Source of the DNA: a virus
Taxonomy: Duplodnaviria > Caudoviricetes
Length of the DNA: 41,318 nucleotides
Strand: one strand, 5' to 3'
Virus record (IMG/VR): IMGVR_UViG_3300020045_003089
Location: 1 to 41,318 of that record
Shown here: piece after piece, positions 36,821 through 41,318 of the stretch
Layout of the letters: each line of letters starts with the position of its first letter
How positions within the stretch are numbered: the first letter of the stretch is position 1
Position numbers and translations under genes: made by a program
The notes under the pieces: generated by a model
The model's input: the letters and a program-made list of their open reading frames with translations, nothing else
Told to the model about the DNA's origin: nothing
Databases searched by the model: none

Positions 36821-36985
36821 ATGTTCACCACTAATATTGATAGGGATAGCGATACTCCTATATTACCTGAAGGACAAGAAGTTAGATGTGCCAACTGCTC
36901 ATATGAAGGACCTGGAGATATAAAGAATATTTGTTCTAACTGTGGTCAAAATACTCTTTACGTGAAAATAGAACTAGACGAATGA
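36821..36985 (+). CDS. Small zinc-ribbon protein (54 aa, not in ORF track)
   Basis: RCANCSY...ICSNCG; ATGA-coupled to 36982. Confidence 0.65.
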   Translation: MFTTNIDRDSDTPILPEGQEVRCANCSYEGPGDIKNICSNCGQNTLYVKIELDE

Positions 36986-37374
36986 ACCAAAAACAGAATA
37001 TCTCTAATCTAAAACAAAGACTATATAGGCTTAGGACAAATAACGCTAGTACCCGTAAGTATGAAAAGACTATAAACGGATTTTTAATGAGAACTTACAG
37101 AAATATGAAGTCCAGAGTTTTAGGTATTCAAAAGAAGAAGGCTCATCTATATCTTGGAAAACCATTACTAAATAAAGAGGAGTTTTATAAATGGTCCGAA
37201 AGTTCAAAAGAATTTATTAAACTATTTAATAATTGGCACAAGGCTAAATTTAATAGGAAACTCTGCCCATCGATTAATAGAGTTGACCCAGATCTAGGAT
37301 ACGAGCTGAATAATATGGAATGGATTACTCATTCAGAAAATTCTAGGTTAGGAGCAATTAAAAAACATGGCTGA
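36982..37374 (+). CDS. HNH-like endonuclease-family protein
   Basis: PSINRVDPDLGYELNNMEWITHSENS (variant of SIDRID..GY...N). Confidence 0.7.
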   Translation: MNQKQNISNLKQRLYRLRTNNASTRKYEKTINGFLMRTYRNMKSRVLGIQKKKAHLYLGKPLLNKEEFYKWSESSKEFIKLFNNWHKAKFNRKLCPSINRVDPDLGYELNNMEWITHSENSRLGAIKKHG

Positions 37375-38179
37375 AATAAAGAAACTTGTTGCCGCTTCAG
37401 ATTTTCACATTCCATTTCAAGACCCAGTTTTACTTGACCTCTTTTGCCACTTCTTAGAAGATTTCCAACCAGATATTTTTGTAATTAACGGAGACTTCTT
37501 AGACTGTGCTTCTATATCTAAATTTGATAAAGTCCCTCACCAGCACAGATTCAAAGATGATCTTGAGATAGGCAAGAGAATCCTGAGAAGATTTAGAACA
37601 ATACTACCAAATGCAGAAATATACTATATAGAAGGAAACCACAGTTTTAGACTAAGACAATATATAATACGAAACGCTCCCGAAATCTATGAGATCTACC
37701 CTACGTTACAAGAACTACTTGAGTTAGATAAATTTAATGTCACTTGGATAGGTACAAAAGAATCAGCCTCAAGATGGATTGATACATATAAAAGGTTCGG
37801 GCAGTTATATATAGGCCACTTTGATAGAGTTAATAAACATTCAGGGATGACAGCCAAGGCACTTGTAGAAGATAAAGGAATATCAGTAGCTCAGGCACAT
37901 GTCCATAGATTAGGACAATATAATAAGAGGTTAGAAAATGGTGTTCAACTAGTCGGGTTAGAGATAGGGTGTATGTGTGATTTAAATCCGAATTATGCGG
38001 GACATGCCAATTGGCAGAACGGCTGGTTAGTTGCCTATTTAGATCAAGACGGTTCAGGTAGGTTTCATCATACACTAATACATGCACTGGGTTATAGATT
38101 TTTCTTTGATGGTAAAGATTATGACTGGCATAAGTTACAAACAGTTCAACCTAGAAAATTAGAGATAGAAGTATTATAA
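37367..38179 (+). CDS. Calcineurin-like metallophosphoesterase
   Basis: SDFH, GDFLD, EGNH, H, AHVHR, GCMC, WQNG. Confidence 0.92.
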   Translation: MAEIKKLVAASDFHIPFQDPVLLDLFCHFLEDFQPDIFVINGDFLDCASISKFDKVPHQHRFKDDLEIGKRILRRFRTILPNAEIYYIEGNHSFRLRQYIIRNAPEIYEIYPTLQELLELDKFNVTWIGTKESASRWIDTYKRFGQLYIGHFDRVNKHSGMTAKALVEDKGISVAQAHVHRLGQYNKRLENGVQLVGLEIGCMCDLNPNYAGHANWQNGWLVAYLDQDGSGRFHHTLIHALGYRFFFDGKDYDWHKLQTVQPRKLEIEVL

Positions 38180-38307
38180 TAAAAAGGCAGGGAATGTTCT
38201 TTGTTGGAACTCAAAGCGTAATTCACAACTTTATTCGACAAGATTTTATTATTCTTAACATTCCGACATCGTTCTTGTCTGGGTTTTCTCTGCGTCACAC
38301 AAGAATC

Positions 38308-38338
38308 CTAAAAAACGGCTTAAAAGGCTGTTTTTTAG
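38308..38338. terminator. Bidirectional terminator-like hairpin
   Basis: CTAAAAAACGGCTT..AGGCTGTTTTTTAG. Confidence 0.7.
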
Positions 38339-38349
38339 TGTCCTAAAAC

Positions 38350-38392
38350 TTATCCACATGCTACTTGACTCTAGCATGCATAGGAGTATAAT
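38350..38392 (+). promoter_or_regulatory. Strong early promoter with DnaA box and palindromic operator
   Basis: TTATCCACA 38350-38358; TTGACT 38365-38370; TATAAT 38387-38392; CATGCTA-n8-TAGCATG (38357-38378) brackets the -35. Confidence 0.75.
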
Positions 38393-38433
38393 GGATATAT
38401 AAGGTCGAGTAATAACCAAGTATAATTAAAAAT

Positions 38434-38934
38434 ATGAAACGCAATAACAGAGGTCAATTCATTCAAGATCGTACCTTGTATGCACTGTTCTTTTTCTTAG
38501 TCTTTACAGGGTTCTTAATAGCTCTTGCGATTCTACACTTCCAACAAGGGATGCAAGGGATGAATAAGTTAGCAGAATTAACGATCATAAATCCAGTCGC
38601 TCAAGCTCGAGAAGTCCCAGATGGTAAAGAAGAGTCGGTAAGAGATCAGGTTAAAAGATTAGCTAAGAAGTATGGTAACAAATACGGAGTTAGCCCTTAC
38701 CAAATAATTAGAACAGTTGAGTGTGAATCAAAGTTTAGAAACATACAGAGTCAGGTTAGAAAACACGGTAAACAAGAAAACTCATGGGGCGTGGCCCAGA
38801 TACATTTAGACAGCCACCCAGAAGTAGAAGTTTACCAAGCCTTAGATGTCGAGTTCTCAATCGAATGGACAGCAAAACACTTTAACGATGTTGTTTGGTA
38901 CGCATACAATAAGCGAACCGACAAATGTAATTAA
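38434..38934 (+). CDS. Membrane-anchored lysozyme-like / lytic transglycosylase protein
   Basis: TM near the N-terminus; AKKYG..YGV, ECES (catalytic E), SWGVAQI, A.D.EFSIEW. Confidence 0.78.
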   Translation: MKRNNRGQFIQDRTLYALFFFLVFTGFLIALAILHFQQGMQGMNKLAELTIINPVAQAREVPDGKEESVRDQVKRLAKKYGNKYGVSPYQIIRTVECESKFRNIQSQVRKHGKQENSWGVAQIHLDSHPEVEVYQALDVEFSIEWTAKHFNDVVWYAYNKRTDKCN

Positions 38935-38935
38935 T

Positions 38936-39019
38936 ATGACAAATAAACAAGAATGGGTAGTTGCAATAGTTATCGGTCTATTTGCCGCTATCGCTATATT
39001 CGCAAATGCCATTTACTAA
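38936..39019 (+). CDS. 27-aa single-TM peptide (not in ORF track)
   Basis: MTNKQEWVVAIVIGLFAAIAIFANAIY; starts 1 nt after the previous stop. Confidence 0.55.
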   Translation: MTNKQEWVVAIVIGLFAAIAIFANAIY

Positions 39020-39191
39020 AGGCAATAAATTAGGAGAAAAGGGTCGAGATGTAAGATACAAGAATAGAAGAGAAATTATCGAAGCTCTAAGAAAATACAC
39101 CGATAAATATGAGCTTCTTAAAATGATGGAGTTCTCGACTAGCACATTAGAAGTGATATTAAACACTTTTATAAAAAGAAATAAAAACTAA
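39006..39191 (+). CDS. Small basic protein (start probably 39006)
   Basis: MPFTKGNKLG motif. Confidence 0.6.
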   Translation: MPFTKGNKLGEKGRDVRYKNRREIIEALRKYTDKYELLKMMEFSTSTLEVILNTFIKRNKN

Positions 39192-39288
39192 AAACCCCCT
39201 TTCGGGAGTCTCTAGTACTAAGTTTCCGTAACCGCACTTTTTTTGCGAAAACTAACTAGATACTAACATATTCGGGGTATAAATTAAA

Positions 39289-39477
39289 ATGATAACCCAA
39301 GAAAATATAGACCATACAATTAAGGTTCTACGAGGCGATGAACATGACTGTCCAGGTGAAGAATGTCCAATCTGTGCCGAGAGAGCCGAACTCTTAGCTG
39401 AGGAACAAGCAAGAGACGAAGAAACCACAAGATTATTAAAAGAACACTATGAAAGCGAAAATTCACATAGCCATTAG
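39289..39477 (+). CDS. Hypothetical protein with H-x-C...CxxC
   Basis: EHDCPGEECPIC. Confidence 0.65.
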   Translation: MITQENIDHTIKVLRGDEHDCPGEECPICAERAELLAEEQARDEETTRLLKEHYESENSHSH

Positions 39478-39685
39478 ACAGTACGAATTTATAGAATTCG
39501 ATATAGAGGCTAAAAATCAAGCGGAGTTAGATAAAAAGATAAAAGAGCTATCAGACCATTACCATAACTATCTAGACCCCGTAGAGGCCAAGAGAAAGGC
39601 CAATTACAAGAGATTTGAAAGGACAGATGAGGCAGAATTGGACTTAGGGCTAGAAGATGAAGACGAATTAATTAAATTAGACTAA
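39449..39685 (+). CDS. Hypothetical protein
   Basis: 78 aa; QYEFIE motif; acidic tail. Confidence 0.65.
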   Translation: MKAKIHIAIRQYEFIEFDIEAKNQAELDKKIKELSDHYHNYLDPVEAKRKANYKRFERTDEAELDLGLEDEDELIKLD

Positions 39686-39689
39686 TAAC

Positions 39690-40070
39690 ATGTTAAAAAA
39701 AGTATTTATACAACAAAAAGAAGAAGCATCATCAGGATTTGGGCCTAATAATAAGCCCTGGACTAGATATAAATATACTACCGACCAAGGCGTGTATTAT
39801 ATGTTAGACGAATTAGCGGTAGGTAAAGAATGCGAAATTGAGAGCTATATTTATACAGGTAAAGACGGCAAAGAACACACTAGTTGGAGATTACCTAAGA
39901 AGAAAGCTACTAGCGAGAACAACGATAAGTTAGATGATGTCTTGAAATATGTTAAATGGCTTGTAAGAAATGAGATGAAGAAAAGTAAAGAGGGACTATA
40001 TAACCAGAAAACAGAAGCGGTCGATCCAATAGTAGAAAGTCCAGTTAAAGATGAGGACGTGCCATTCTAA
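39690..40070 (+). CDS. Putative ssDNA-binding protein
   Basis: OB-like N-domain (G...KPWTRYK) and acidic C-terminal tip DEDVPF. Confidence 0.6.
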   Translation: MLKKVFIQQKEEASSGFGPNNKPWTRYKYTTDQGVYYMLDELAVGKECEIESYIYTGKDGKEHTSWRLPKKKATSENNDKLDDVLKYVKWLVRNEMKKSKEGLYNQKTEAVDPIVESPVKDEDVPF

Positions 40071-40072
40071 CT

Positions 40073-40399
40073 ATGGAAGATAAAATAAAACAACTCATGC
40101 ACGAAGTGGTAGTCGGTCAGTCTCCAGGTAGGCTGGCCGAGATTAACACGGAACTAAGTGCTTGGTATTCAAAGTTCGCCGACGAACTTGAAAATATCTT
40201 AGTCTTTAAAGCAGATAAATGGATGGAGTTGAGAGAAAAGACTAACAGTGATAAATCTACCGATCGCACCTGGGATTCATTAGAAGAGGGAAAGAAAGAG
40301 ATACGCCTCAGAAGTCAACTTAAATATATAGAGAAAGTTGTTAGTTCTATTAAATTACAACTAAGGATCAAGACCCAAGAAGCATATAATAATTTTTAA
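40073..40399 (+). CDS. Coiled-coil protein (possible recombination mediator)
   Basis: All-helical, 108 aa, next to the SSB-like gene. Confidence 0.55.
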   Translation: MEDKIKQLMHEVVVGQSPGRLAEINTELSAWYSKFADELENILVFKADKWMELREKTNSDKSTDRTWDSLEEGKKEIRLRSQLKYIEKVVSSIKLQLRIKTQEAYNNF

Positions 40400-40400
40400 C

Positions 40401-40952
40401 ATGCCTAGAAAATTAAACGTAATTAAAAATAGATATACAAGACTTATAGTAATTAAAGAAGTTCAAAAACACATATCTACCGGGGGAAATGCATCAAGCC
40501 AATATCTGTGCCAATGTGATTGTGGTAATGAAAAAATTATATTCCTTAGAAGTCTAGTCTCTGGAAAGACTAAATCTTGCGGATGTTTATTAAGAGAATC
40601 TTGCTCAATTAATGGAAAGAAAAGAAGAATACATGGTATGAGGTCTAAGGAGAGTGAGGGTGATAAAACTTATGAGAGTTGGAGGGCCATGAGAAGGCGA
40701 TGTTTAACGAATAATACTCGTTATAAACTGAGGGGTATAAAAATATGTAAAAGATGGAATAGTTTTAATAACTTTCTACATGATATGGGCCCGAGACCTC
40801 CAGGAAAAACGATTGACCGAATAAATAACGACGGTAATTATGAACCTTCTAATTGTAGATGGGCAACCCCTAAAGAGCAAGCTAACAATAGGCAAAATAA
40901 TAGATTAGCTATTAAGAGGGGTTGGGTTGCAAGGAGAATAAATACTAATTAA
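40401..40952 (+). CDS. HNH homing endonuclease
   Basis: RL.VI, LCQCDCGN, KSCGC, W.AM..RC, RGI.IC.RW.SF.NF..DMG.RP, TIDRINNDGNYEPSNCRWAT. Confidence 0.92.
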   Translation: MPRKLNVIKNRYTRLIVIKEVQKHISTGGNASSQYLCQCDCGNEKIIFLRSLVSGKTKSCGCLLRESCSINGKKRRIHGMRSKESEGDKTYESWRAMRRRCLTNNTRYKLRGIKICKRWNSFNNFLHDMGPRPPGKTIDRINNDGNYEPSNCRWATPKEQANNRQNNRLAIKRGWVARRINTN

Positions 40953-40967
40953 ATAATATAAATAAAG

Positions 40968-41294
40968 ATGAAATGTAAACTATGTAACGCTCTAATACTG
41001 GACAGATTTAATCGCCGGGCCGCTAAATTCTGTATTAAGTGTAAAAACAAGCATAAGGGTGATATTTATAAATTAAATAACCCCTATAAGAAGAAGCCTA
41101 AGACTAACTACGATGTCATCCCAGAGATTAAAGAAGAATGTCCAGATTGTGGAGTATGGAACGATATGCCCTTTATTCAATGCTCTAATTGTAGTTATAG
41201 AACTGAGAATAATCTAAAAGGCTGGGACGGTGGAAGAAGAAGGAGAGAGGTATTAAAGCTCATCCACTTTAAAAATAGAATTATCCACAGATAA
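40968..41294 (+). CDS. Zinc-finger protein
   Basis: Four CxxC pairs (CKLC, CIKC, CPDC, CSNC). Confidence 0.7.
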   Translation: MKCKLCNALILDRFNRRAAKFCIKCKNKHKGDIYKLNNPYKKKPKTNYDVIPEIKEECPDCGVWNDMPFIQCSNCSYRTENNLKGWDGGRRRREVLKLIHFKNRIIHR

Positions 41295-41318
41295 GGTACT
41301 GTTTAACAAAAGAATATA
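41198..41318. repeat. Terminal direct repeat, copy 2
   Basis: Identical to 1-121. Confidence 0.97.

Noticed and set aside
39190-39280. Possible structured RNA (CCCC-TTTC-GGGA, CGCA/TGCG stems)
   Set aside because: Stems are short and inconsistent; cannot be distinguished from a simple terminator or chance
557-39520. Other short alternative-frame/antisense ORFs in the track (e.g. 557..760, 1279..1575, 15920..16282, 16864..17232, 29405..29764, 37830..38087)
   Set aside because: Nested within well-supported genes, with no motifs or independent expression signals
1-41318. Stop-codon reassignment, integrase/att site, tRNA genes
   Set aside because: Genes are full-length and densely packed in code 11 with TAA, TAG and TGA stops; no recombinase motifs or cloverleaf found by eye

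Overview
This window looks like one complete, circularly assembled tailed-phage genome. Bases 1-121 are identical to 41198-41318, giving a unit length of about 41,197 bp. Nearly all genes are on the + strand in the standard genetic code. The gene order is podovirus-like. It starts with an HTH replication initiator, VRR-NUC, an RHH regulator and a Cys-repeat protein (239-3696). Next comes a ~9 kb cluster of 11 glycan-synthesis genes interrupted by one HNH gene (3759-12870: GT6, 2x GT2, 2x GT11, GDP-mannose-3,5-epimerase-like, DegT, RmlD-like, methyltransferase-DUF5672, DUF3431-like, GT17-like), which runs directly into TerS/TerL. Then follow portal, scaffold, major capsid, adaptor/nozzle, ejection-like proteins and tail fibre/lectin/glycosidase-like genes, then lysis genes (M23 peptidase, holin-like, CHAP), then an early region (metallophosphoesterase, lytic transglycosylase, SSB-like, HNH). 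I saw no integrase, DNA polymerase, tRNA or CRISPR array. AT-rich leaders without Shine-Dalgarno, leaderless starts and protein style suggest a CPR/Patescibacteria host (inference). The top finding is a candidate phage-encoded virion glycosylation system: the glycosyltransferase cluster is accompanied by a strongly enriched [G/A/S/T/P]-Ser-[Val/Ile] motif in predicted exterior virion proteins, which may be the acceptor sequon. Other notable items are two pseudoknotted leader RNAs, DnaA boxes at a fixed distance from several promoters, and a shared 17-nt leader motif. All product calls come from motif recognition by eye, with no database searches.
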